From NCBI RefSeq assembly GCF_009834535.1, contig NC_045698.1, forward strand, positions 1,118,001-1,182,000: DNA of 64,000 nt, written 5' to 3'. Below are positions 22,453 to 33,573 of the stretch, piece after piece (position 1 is the stretch's first letter; every line of letters begins with the position of its first letter). Below the pieces are notes generated by a model. That model worked only from the letters and a program-made list of their open reading frames with translations, made no database searches and was not told the DNA's origin. The DNA comes from Camelus ferus. Taxonomy: Eukaryota. The position numbers and the translations under genes are program-made.

Positions 22453-25079
22453 AGGATGAGCCTGAGACACAGGGCTGGCCCCTGAGAGGCAAGGGGGGTC
22501 AGCTCAGGGTTCCGGATAAGATTCCTTTGTGATGAAAAGAAAGAAAAAGAGAGGGCCTCCTTTTTGCTGGTCAAGGTGTATGTGGAAGTGACCTCTGGAA
22601 TAAGCAGATATTACTGCTGGCCCAAGGATGAAGCCAACACAGGGGTGGGGAGGGGGTGCAGGCAGGCAGGTCAGTGGGTCTTGGGCTGCCTGGCCCGCCC
22701 GCCCGCAAGCCTTGAACCGGGGGCGGCAGGCCTACTGCGAGTGAGCTGGGCTGAGGCCAGGCTCCCTGATGCGCGCAGCCAGGAGACCCCTGACGTCTCT
22801 CTCCTGTGACCACGTTCGCACGATTTCTTTCTCAGTGCTCCACCAGTGGGCCGTCGCATCCCCTTAACCAACTAAACCTCCTGACCTCACGTGGAGAGGA
22901 GCTTCTGGTGGCCTTTGGGGGACCACAAAATCCAGTCAGTCAGGAATCGGTTAAACTAATTTCAATGACAACTAAACAGTAATACTTACGTTTAGTTCTG
23001 AGAGTCCACTTTGTTTCTGGGTTTAGTTGATTGCCTTCTGGTAACCAGCTCTGTAGGTTGGTGGGGAGAGCAGGGTAGGTGAAGTCGACAGAGAGCGGTT
23101 TGTGTAAGACGGTCAGCCCCCAGGAACCTTGACCGTGGCCTGAGACTGAGCAGCACCTGAGGACGAGGAAGGCATTTGGGAGCGAGCCAGATGTGGAAAA
23201 GGTGCCAGCATTTCTGTTAGTGGAAAACAGGCAGGGACCAGCTTGCTCCGCCTGGACTCCCGCAGGGAGCCACGGAGCTGGAGTGCAGACCCGGCGGGGA
23301 CCCGGCCCCGGGCAGAGGACGCATCTCCACACAGCGCTTCCCCTGACAAGGTGCAGCCGGTGCAGGCGGACGTGGCCCCACCCAGAGCCCTGCTGGCTGC
23401 CCGCCCCAGTCCCAGCATCCTGGCCCCCTCTCCACGCTTCTCTTCTCCAAAACGGTACGTGAGCCTGAAAAGCAAAGGTGGACGTTGATCAGTGACCTCG
23501 GTCACCCAATCGAATGGAAACACTTTTCAGAAGCTGCGTTCCCGACTCGAACCCTGATGGCAGCTCTCACTGACGCTCACCGTGTCCCCTGCCCTCTGTG
23601 CTCCTGGCCCACCTCTGAGGCGCCTGGACAAGCAACCTGATGGCGGTGCCAGCCCCCTCCCGGCTCTGCCCAGGGCCCTCTCTGTGCCGGATGCCAGAGT
23701 GAGGGGCCTGTTGGCAGCAGCTGGTCACTTGCTCGTTGTGAACTTGGGACTGCTGACCCATGGAGCAGGAGCTGGGGGATGAATGCGCTTTCCCCTGTCC
23801 CGAGAGGGTGGCATGAGCCCACACGTGCTCTTCGGAGGCCCCGAGCTGGACGTGGGCTCAGCCACAGCTCCCCCTGGCCTCTCCTTATGCTGGTATTTGC
23901 ATTTTGTAAAGAAGGTTGTTCTCACTGCTTTGTGATATAAAGAAGGGAGAGGAGCCACCTTCCTTCAGGATGATGTGGCTTGCACCTGACGGGACACGGA
24001 GGAGAACCCGACGCTCAGGTGGGTGAGTCCACCGTCCAGCAGCCTCAGTATCTATGGTCTTCCTGGAGATACAGCTTTAGAAAGACAAGCCACAAACAAG
24101 CGTCCTCATGAGGGAGCCTCTTAAGGCACAAAGGAAAGACCTTTTGTCCCCGAGGTGCCTCAACGCAGCTGACACCCGAGGACACTCTGGCCAGGTGTGT
24201 GATGCTGCCAGGGTCCCAGGGTCAGCGATGCAGCCCCAGCCTGTCAGGAGCACCGGGGGCTCTTAGCAGGTCATGTCAACGTGGGGGCAAGGGACACAAC
24301 AAAGCCAGGGACGAGGGGCCAGGGTGCCACTGGGCAGAGCTGTGCTTACCACGTGTGAGTGATGCAACCAGTGCTGGCCGGTATCCAGTCCTCCTCTCCT
24401 GCCGGAGTTCCACTCCCACCACCCTGAGGTGGGCAGGGCCAGCAGCCTGGTTTCGGGTGTGCTCTGTGGCACTGCTGGGTGGGGGTCCCAGTGGTTCCTC
24501 AGACTTGGAGGTCACGGGGGCTGCAGGTTGAGGTGGGGGAAACTTGAGTGTGAGTCAGTTGAATCTCTGAGTAGCACCATGGAGGACAGCTGTCCCCGTG
24601 ACTGTGAATATTGACCTCAACCCCTCTGGACTTTGCTTGAATGACGAGTTCCAAACTGGTTGACATAAATCCCTAGATTGGGGGATTGATCACTGCAGCA
24701 GTCACTCTGCTTTTCATCACAACTGCACCGTAGATGATGCCCTGCCTTGGAACATCAGCATCACACGGAGACACAGGACGACATGGGGACAGTGTGTAAA
24801 TGTGTGTGTCCCACAAACCATAGACTCAAATCGCATGTCAGTTTCTGTCAGTCTACAGATTACTGCATCATGTGTGTTATCTTCTTATTTATGTCTCCTT
24901 TATCAACTTCCCCCCAAGTTTATTCAAGTCTATTTATTCTGAAGTTAAAGTACTCAAAATTCAAATTACAGATTGTTAATGTACGAGTTCAAAAGCTAGA
25001 GTTCTGTGTGGTTTTGTTAATAAGACTCATGTATTTGAAACCATCCTATAAAAATCGCCAGTAATTTAACATCTGTTGG

Positions 25080-25790
25080 AACAAAACACAACAGAAGTGG
25101 AAATTGCAAATATTGGGTAAATGTAAATACTATTTCCTTTAATTTTCTTAAAAATCTATTGAATAAACAAACATAATTCTAAAATGTATTATGAGTTTCA
25201 TAATGCATATGTAAATAAGATACATGATGACAATAACACACAGGTCTGGAAGTGAGGAAACAGTATTATACATGAAGTGATATAATATTAGTTCAAGGCA
25301 GAATGTGATGAGTTAGGGGCACATAGTGTAATTACTAGAGCAACCACTAATAAAATAAGACAATTAGAGCTACTAAACAGATAAGTATTTGATAAAACAT
25401 GTATGAAAATACAACATGTCACAATCTGTTGATGCAGGTAAAACTGTGCCCAGAGGGAAATTCATAGCATTAGATGGATTCATATATATATGTATTTAAA
25501 GTTGAAAATCAATACTGTTTCCTTCTTAAGAAGTTGAAAAAGAAAATAAATCAAGAAAATAACAAAATAAGAAAAAAAAATCAATAAAATATGTTAGATA
25601 ACCAATAGAGAAAATAAATAAAGCTGAAAGTTGTTTTTTGGGGGAAGTTAATAAAATTGATTTGTCCCCAGAGATTTATCAAGAAAAATAGTAGAAGATA
25701 CAAATTACTGGTATCAGAATCCAAAAAGGGAATATTCCTACAGATCCTGCAGATGTTACAAAGAATAATAAATAGGTTTATGTCCAGCTT
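25080..25790 (+). mobile_element. Old L1 fragments (inter-ORF and ORF2 endonuclease-to-RT region)
   Basis: A-rich strand with agagggaaattcatagcatta, aaagttgttttttgg...ataaaattga and ctacagatcctgcagatgttacaaagaataata, all L1 ORF2 hallmarks. Confidence 0.75.
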
Positions 25791-25904
25791 TCAGTGTATA
25801 CACTTCACACTCTTCATGCTCAAACCAAATCACACTTTCTTCATTTTCTTTTCATGCTGGTCCTACCCCCAGACCTACTGCTTCATTCTCCTAGTCTGTT
25901 TCTC

Positions 25905-26045
25905 CTATATTCACACACAGATTCACTCACATGCATTTATGCACTCTAATATTTAGCAAATATCTAAATAGTGGTTAGAGTAAGGTGTTAGGCACTATGA
26001 ACACATAAATGATGGTGAGACACAAAGATTCTGGTTTCCTACAAA
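25905..26045 (-). mobile_element. L2 3' end fragment
   Basis: attcactcacatgcattt...tttagcaaatat...tgttaggcact resembles the L2 tail. Confidence 0.4.
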
Positions 26046-27199
26046 CATCTACTTCCTGCCAAGAAGGTGAAGTTGCATAGCTGCTGGCGCCATCCTTCAA
26101 AATGGACCCTAAAATGCTACAGAATGTGGAGGGTCACGTGCCTTCCAGTGTGGTAGACTCGGGGAGATTGGGGACCATTTCTTCAGAGTTGTTCTAGAAA
26201 AACACACATTGCTAACAATTTGTCCAAAATGTGCACCACATCGGGGAGCTTGTAGCTTGCCATGGACCCCGCTGAGGAGCCTCTGGTTTGGGGCATCTGA
26301 GAGCTGTGTGGAGGCCGACTAATCTCGTATCTTGCGCGCACACAGTGCAACAGTTCGTCTGCCCTCGACTGTGGACACTGCCTCAGGCCCTGGAGCTGCA
26401 GGGGATGAGGAAGGGCGCTGGGGACACAGCCTTGGGCTGAGCCGTCGCTAGCATGCAGCGGACACGGGGCAGGCCTTGGGGATCCTCTGATGCTGGCAGG
26501 GTCAGGCCCACCCCCAGAGCGGCCGTGCCCATCTCGGCGTCCCTTGTAAGTGCAGGGAGGTGGCCAGTCATTGGAGGGTCCTCCTGCTGGAGGCAGCATG
26601 CTTCCCAGTGTCTCCCCCTTGGTGGGAAGATGTGGACACCCCGTCCCTGGGCTGCCTGCACTCGGCCTCTTGCTGGCAATCTCTGCTCTGTCCCAGGAAG
26701 GGCACGGATCTGCTGCTCGGCTGGAAGAACGCCACCTCCTGACCCATGGGGAGTGGGCCAGGATGCTGGGCTGGGATGTGGGGCGGCAGGACAGCTCACC
26801 TGTCTGCAGTCCCTTTGTCCTTCGTCCCCCCGCGGGACCTGAAGCAGTCGGGTGTAACCCCTGAGAATCCGGACGAGCAGCGGCACGGATTCCGGACGGA
26901 GACTGTCCTCCTCCCGGACGTGGGTCATGGGGGGAGGGGAGGCTGAGCCTCCTGAGCGGCGGCAAGTCGGGTACAGGCAGCACCGCCTTCCCCCGTTCCC
27001 GGGCCAGGCCTCTGAGCGGAGCCCTGGGACAATCCCTGCGGCCCTGCTCTGCCTGGGCGGCCTTGCCCCGCAGCTCGGGTCCCTGGAAGGCATGTCTCCT
27101 CAGGCCAGGCCGGCAGGGCTGATGACCCAAGAGCTGGGCAAGGCACACAGGCCCTCTCTGGGCCATGCCCTGTGCGTGCCTGGGGGGCCCCCTGGGGTC

Positions 27200-28460
27200 C
27201 CCAGTGCCGTCTCCGGGCGGGAGGTCGTGAGGTAAGAGAGTGAAGCTGTGAGCTGGAGGAGGTGGTGGCCGAGGGACGGTGGGGGGGGGTCTCATCCCAG
27301 CCCCCCCCCGCCCCTGCCCCCGCCCCGCCCCCGCCCCGCCCCCCGCGGACTGGCTCTCCTTCCTCCACCCTCCACGCCCACGTCCACGTCGGTGCACGCG
27401 CACAGGGCGCCATCTAGACGGGGTCCTCTGCTGAGACGTAAGTAAAACCACGCGTTCAAAGCCGTGGTCAGGGCCCAGCCCAGAGCAGCGCGCACGGACG
27501 CTGTGGGTGAGGGTCCAGCCTGCCGGCCCCCGACGCAAGCTCTGCGGCCTGTGCCGGGTGTGGGAGCCCCTCCGCGAGGAGCACCTCCCTGGTTCCAGGG
27601 CGCTCCTCGGCGCCTGGAGACGCCCGGGGTGGGGGTGGGGGGGCCGGGACCACCCTGGCCCAGCCCCGGGCGAGGGACCAGCGCTCGCGCCGCAGCGGAG
27701 CTGGGGCAGCGCGCCCACCGTCCCCGCCGACGTCTCCCGCGGAGGTCTCTGCTGTTTCTCATTTTTAAGAACCTCGCGTTTCGGTCGGCCGTTCGGGCAG
27801 GGCCTGGAGGCGCGTGATTGAACTGATAGTTTCCTTCAAGGAAAGGGATTGAGAGTAAACAGCAGATCCGTGGTTTCAAAGCGCATTTGCTTCAGTCCCC
27901 GGGCTTCAGTCACGCCGCAGATCGCTCGGGCCGGGCCCGCGCAGTTGGAAGGCGGGGCGGTGCCTGCGCTGGGCCACGGGGAGCCGGTGCGTCCCCGGGG
28001 CCGGCTGCGGAGGGCCTTCCGCGGGGGCGCGCGGGCTCGTCTCCCGCTGCGCTGCTTCCGCGATCTCGATCTCCCCGCAGTCACCTCAGAACGTGAAGAT
28101 GATACACGCGCAGCATGAGCCGTTTGCATTAAGTACGCGCTTATTTCACTAAAAGGAAAAGCAGACAAATTAGGCTTTCTTCTCTTCAAGTCTCTTTCCC
28201 GAGGAAGATTATTTACAGTAGATTTTTTTTTCTATTCCTCTCCCTTCCATTCCTCCAAAGGCAATAAAAAGCAATTCTGAGAGCACGGCAGAAAATCAGT
28301 TTTTAATCAAGAAAAAACAATCTGTGGGAAACGTGCTGCTCTAGCTCAGAGAAACCTCCGCGGCTGGGTCCTCGCGCTGCCCGCCCGCGGCCGGGGCCTC
28401 TGCCCGTCCTGCCCGGGGCGGGTGGGGGCTGCGAGGCCGCGTCTGTCTGCCTGTCCGGCC
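27200..28460. promoter_or_regulatory. Orphan CpG island with GC-box array
   Basis: Dense CpG; tandem CCCCGCCCC boxes 27301-27345; plus-strand donors at 27232 and 27438; embedded AT-rich motif blocks 27815-27895 and 28095-28330. Confidence 0.7.
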
Positions 28461-29452
28461 ACAGCGAGCCCTCCTTCACGCAGCATCACACCTGTGACAG
28501 GACTCGGGGACCAGTGCAGGACCCCTCTCGGCCCTGCTCTGTGGCCAGGCTGCTCCCTGTCCCCGTCTTTGTTTGTGTGTCCAGAGGCCAGCAGAGCTGA
28601 CCGGAGGCTGGGCCGGGATCTTCCTGATCAGGCCCAAAGGGGCCTGCCTCCTGGCGGCTGCCCGGGTAGCAGGTTTGGACCCCCACGCCCCTGTGCTGGG
28701 AGGGAGGAAGCCCAGGCTGAGGGGCACCAAATTCGGGGGGTTTTGTTACAGAGCAGCAAATAAGGGAAATAGCACCCACATGGCACACCGTCCCGAAAGC
28801 CCTGGAAGGCAGATGGGCGGTTATGGCCCGTCCTCACCACAGAGGTGCAGCTGGCTGGTGTGCGTCTCCTGGGAGTGACCTCCGCACACGCCCGAGTTCC
28901 TTCTTCCCGATGCCCAGGCCCTCGGCGCTCAGAGTGACCGTGGTGCCCCTGGCCCTGTTCAGCCCAGAGGGAGAGGGCGGATGGGAGGGGTCCTGATGTG
29001 GGTCTGCGGCCGTCTGGCTGTGCCCTGCTCAGCCCTTGGAAATCCTAGCCCCCCTCCCCCAGCCTGTCCCAGGGGCTCTGCCCACACCGGAGTCCACCCC
29101 GCGCCCCTGCTGCTCACGACTGCCCTCAGACCACTGGACGCCCCAGAGCAGGTGGAGACCCCGGCCCGCAGTCCTCAATCCAAGTGTGTGCAGGGCCGGA
29201 GGGACCGTGTCTGCCCTGCACCAGCCAGGAACGCGAGACACCCCGGCTCTTACCACTGTGCATCTTAGACACCACAGACGCACCCCCTCCCCTCCCCAGC
29301 CCCCTCCTCTCTGGGGGTCTTCATTGTCTTCCGTTCTCCCCTGGTCCTCCTGAGCCCTTCCCCGACCACCCCAAGAACGTCCTGTCTTCTGGAGAAAACG
29401 CGTAGCCTGGGCTGCTCTGCTCGATGCCAGCTTTTATAAAACAATGTTTTTG

Positions 29453-29963
29453 TTTTTAATTGAAGTAGAGTTGATTTGCAGTACTGTGCTAGTTTCTGGT
29501 ATGCAGCATGGTGACTCAGTTATATATATATATTCCTTTTCATATTCTTTTTCGTTGTGAGCTGTTACAGGTTTCGAGTACAGTTCCCTGTGCTCTACAG
29601 TAGGACTTTGTTGTCTATTTTATATACACTAGTTAGTATCTACAAATCTTGAAATCCCAGTTTATCCCTTCCCACCCCTTCCCCCATAACCATGAGTTTG
29701 TTTTCTGTGTCTGAGTCTCTCTCTATTTTGTAAATTAGCTCATTTGTGTCCTTTTTTTGGATTCCACATACAAGTGGTGATATACGGTATTTTTCTTTCT
29801 CTTTCTGGCTTATGTCACTTAGAATGACAAGCTCCAGGTCCATCCATGTTGCTGCAAATGGCGTTATTTTACTCTTTTTCATGGCTGAGTAGTATTCCCT
29901 TGCACACATACACCACGTCTTCTTTATCCAGTCAGCTGTCAAGGGACACTTAGGTTGCTTCCC
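29453..29963 (-). mobile_element. 5'-truncated L1 (ORF2 C-terminus plus 3' UTR) with target-site duplication
   Basis: ORF 29640..30029 contains KQPKCP..WIKKTW..EYYSAMKK..PFAATWMDLELVILSDISQ, the L1 ORF2 C-terminus. 15-bp TSD aaaacaatg(t/c)ttttg at 29438-29452 and 29964-29978. Confidence 0.92.
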
Positions 29964-30194
29964 AAAACAATGCTTTTGGTAAGTTATAAAGCTGATTGTG
30001 AGAAATTTGGAAAACAGAGGAAAGAGCACAGAAACAATAAAAGCTAACTCAGCATCACACCACCCAGAGAGGACTCGAGAGGAGGACCCTAGGTCTCTGA
30101 CGCTTTAATTCCATTTCGGCGACTGGGATAAAACTCAGGGTAACACACATTTCTGCAGACACTCGTTTGCGTGGACGCCCCGTCTTCCTCGAGT

Positions 30195-30345
30195 CAGTCA
30201 GGTCAGCGAGCTTTCCTGTCATGGACTGGAGAGTAAACATTCTGGTCTTTGGGAGCCCCGGGGTCTCGGCCTTGGGGACTGTGCTCTGCGTGGCAGTGAC
30301 AGCCGCCCGGCCACACCGAGCCCATGGGCGTGGGCGTGGCCGTGG
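30195..30345. mobile_element. hAT-Charlie MER58A-like fragment
   Basis: ggtcagcgagctttcctgtcatggactggagagtaaacattctggtctttg...atgggcgtgg follows the MER58A consensus as recalled. Confidence 0.55.
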
Positions 30346-31019
30346 TTATGGACTCCAGCCGCCACTCAGGTGTGTTCAATAGAAAGGCACCTTGTAAAGG
30401 GACTTTTCCTGTCCTTCCCCAGATTCTGTCTGTGTGTGCACATCAGGAAAGCAGCGGAACGCCACCTGCCCTCCTGCCACCTTGTCCCTCGGGACCTGTT
30501 CCCAGTTAGGGATACGTGACCTTTTCAAAGCTCTCTGCGCAGCCGGGCGCCGGGTCAGGCAGAGTTAATGCGCTGCCTGCCAGATCTTCATCTCTGGAAG
30601 GGGAATCAGTTTAAAACTGATTACTTTTCATGAGAAAAATAATGAGCCACGGAAACAAGCCCAGCGGGCATCTGTGTTGGGGGGAGGGCATCCCACGGCC
30701 ACTCAGGGCAGCGGCTCAGGAGGGCGCACCAGGCACGGGGGCTGGGGGTGCAGAGGGGACCCAGCACTGTGCTGCGAGTCCACAGAGGGGTTCTCATGCT
30801 CCACAACCCTGGCTGTGGAGAGTCTGCCCCCCCTGGAGGGGCGTGACCCCTGGCAGGGGCTGCCCATCTCGCCCCTGTCTCTGGGGTGCAGACAGGGCAA
30901 ACTTGGAGCTCCCAGGTGGGGAGCGAGGAGGCTGTGTTGAGCAGCACTGGGGGACTAGAGCCTGGTAGCAGGGGGTCCTGAACATACCCCAAGCAGGGGG
31001 ACATGAGAAGGGAGTGCTG

Positions 31020-31389
31020 GTGTCCTGTGGCCATAACCAACACTGCAGACAAGAGGAACTTATCCTTTCCCAGCCCTGGAGCCAGGGGTCCGAGATCCAG
31101 GTGTGGTCAGATCGCCCTCCCTCCTTCCTGCCTCTTCCAGGGTCTGAGGTCCCAGACGCCCCTGGGCTCATGATGGCACCCCTCCAGTTTCTGCCTGTGT
31201 CTTCAATGTGGCTTCTCCTTGTGTCTCTGTTGCTGGATTCGGGGCCCACCCGGGTAATCCTGGATAAGCTCTTCCTCTCAAAGTCCTTAGGTTACATCTG
31301 CAAAGTCTCTTTCCCCAAACAAGGCCCTGTTCCCAGGTCTGGGGATGAAGGTGTGGGTCTGTCTTTTGGGGTCCTCCATGCAACCCACT
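31020..31389 (-). mobile_element. MaLR solo LTR, MLT1D-like
   Basis: ggattcggggcccacccgggtaatcctggataagctc...ttacatctgcaaagtctctttccccaaacaagg...caacccact. Confidence 0.75.
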
Positions 31390-31879
31390 GTTGCACCCAC
31401 CTGCCCAGTGCAGGCCCAGGGAGCTGCCCCCTGAGCAGAGGAGCAAGTGGCCGGATGGAACAGAGGCTCTTTAGGTGTGATTCCGCCTCCCGAGAGCCCC
31501 CCGGGCAGTCCCCTCCAGCACCCGCGTCTCACCTGCCAGCGGGAAACCGCCACTCTTGTCCAGCCCAGTGACTGCTCTAGGGAGCAGGATCAGATTGGGT
31601 CCCTTGGCCTAAGAGCAGAATTAGGATGATGGGTGGGGACTGTGAAAGGTGTTTGCTGATCAGGATTCAGAGAAACTTTTTAATGAAGGTGACCTAAAAT
31701 CGGGACAGGCTACGATAGAAGGTCATGAATTCTAACTTGTCACTTCTTGCCTGGCTCCCCTGGACACCATGTTTGTTGATGAAATAGATTCATACGTGGA
31801 GTGTTCAGAAGGAATGTTAGATGTCCACTGAGCAAAAACACGAAGAGAATGTCTGCGAAGTTCTATTTTACGAGGAGCT

Positions 31880-32205
31880 GAGCTGAGTGGCTAACAAAAG
31901 ACACTGGTAGCTGAATAAAACAGAACATGATTTCTCCCGCATCCAAGGGGGCTGCAGGTGGGCAGTGCATGGCTGTTATGGGGGCTCCAACCTCCTCAGG
32001 TAGCGCAGCTCCTGCTGTCCTGCCTACCTCATTTGGCTTCCATCCTAAGTTTGCCTCATAGTCCTAAGGTGGCTGCTGATGCTTCAGCCATCATACCTGC
32101 ATTGCAGGCAAGAGGCAGAAAAAGAGTGAGAAAGGCTAGGAGGGCCTTTCCTGAAAGCCCTACCCAACAATGACCTCCTTCATCTGATTGGCCACTTCCC
32201 TAGGT
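31880..32205 (-). mobile_element. MaLR LTR, MLT1J/K-like
   Basis: cctcatagtcctaaggtggctgctgatgcttcagccatcatacctgcattgcaggca...ctgattggcca. Confidence 0.6.
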
Positions 32206-32399
32206 GAGGGTGCTGATTCCAGACTGTGAGGGAATTTCATTCATCTGCAGCAAAATGATACAAATAAGAAAAAAATTGAGTGAATATTTCTTCAAAGTAA
32301 TTTAATTTTTATTCTTCCAACATTTTTGGCATTAAAATATACATTGGAAACGGTGGCGAAGGAGATTGTACTTATTTTGTTTGATGCCATGGCTTTTCT

Positions 32400-33300
32400 G
32401 AATAGTTTTATTATTTCAAACAATACAGTTTAAAAATCAAACAATATTACAAGGTTTATAAGAAAACACAGTTCTACCCCAGATCACACTCTCATCATCT
32501 CGTTTTGTTCCCCAGAAGCACCTCTCTCTTCTATCACCTATTGTTCAACTCTTTGTCTCTATACTTCTGAACAATATAGTTATCTTACTATTGATTTCTC
32601 GTTTTTAGACCATATCTATTGACTTCCTCCTGGTAGTTACAGCTTAACTCTCTTGTGCCCTAAACTGTATCTCTTTTCTAGCATGACTTTCCCTGTCTTC
32701 CCAGCGTGCTTTTCTCACTAGTTTTGATAAAATCATTTTTATTTCCTGCGGAGCCAAGTTCCACACTGTGATTGTTTTTCCTTTGTTATATAACTTTACA
32801 TTTTTCCTGGAGTTAATGTGTGCCTGATCGTTTTCACTGCTTACTATTCTAGGAATCTAGTGCAGTGCTTCCCTAATGCTCTCACTGACCCGTTGAACAT
32901 CTACTGATAATGTTTCAAATGTCCAAACACATCAAACAGTGTGACAGCTCCTCGGCCCCTGCTCTCACCCCCACTGCCTCCCTCGTTTCCTAGCTGCACA
33001 ATTCCTCCTCTTCTAGGCATTTTACATAAATGGAATAATTCAACATATGCTCTTATGGATCTGATTTTTTTCAGCATAATGTTTTAAAATCTTTAGCGTT
33101 TTTTTAAGTTCATCCACGAGGAATATGAATCAGGGGTTTGCTCCTTCTTATTGGGGGTGGATCCCATCACGTAGGTGCAGTACATTTTGTCTATAAATTT
33201 GCTACTAGATGGGCATGTGGTTTGTTTCTAGCTTTTGTCTGTTACAACCAATGCTGCATCGCACTATGTATATATTAGGCTACTAATAATAGACATTCAC
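32400..33300 (-). mobile_element. Ancient L1 (L1ME-like) fragments
   Basis: T-rich block with ttttacataaatggaataattcaacatatg...tcagcataatgtttt...gatgggcatgtggtttgtttctagcttttg, typical L1M 3' text. Confidence 0.65.
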
Positions 33301-33434
33301 ACACCTGTTTTCATGTGTGTCCTAGTAGGGTTCAAGGAGTTTGCCGAAACCTTGAAATTTATAAAAAGAAGGTGAGCCCTTGCAGGAGGGCCTGTGGGGC
33401 CTCTCGACATGTCTCCTAACACTCTTATTATTTT

Positions 33435-33573
33435 ATTTTGTGGAGAGGAGGTAATTAGGTGTATGCACGTATGTATGCATGCATGCATGTGTTTAGTGGA
33501 GGTACTGGGGATGGGGCCCAGGACCTCGTGCATGCTAAGCACGCGCTCTACCTCTGAGCTATCCCTTCCCCCC
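33435..33573 (-). mobile_element. tRNA-derived SINE, camelid Vic-1-like, with TSD
   Basis: GGGAAGGGATAGCTCAGAGGTAGAGCGCGTGCTTAGCATGCACGAGGTCCTGG...CCTAATTACCTCC; TSD tctta(t/g)tatttt at 33423-33434 and 33574-33585. Confidence 0.88.

Noticed and set aside
26183..27718. 511-aa minus-strand ORF, the longest in the window
   Set aside because: Low-complexity GC-driven composition, runs through homopolymer G/C tracts, no recognisable domain. PhyloCSF or Ribo-seq would be needed to rescue it.
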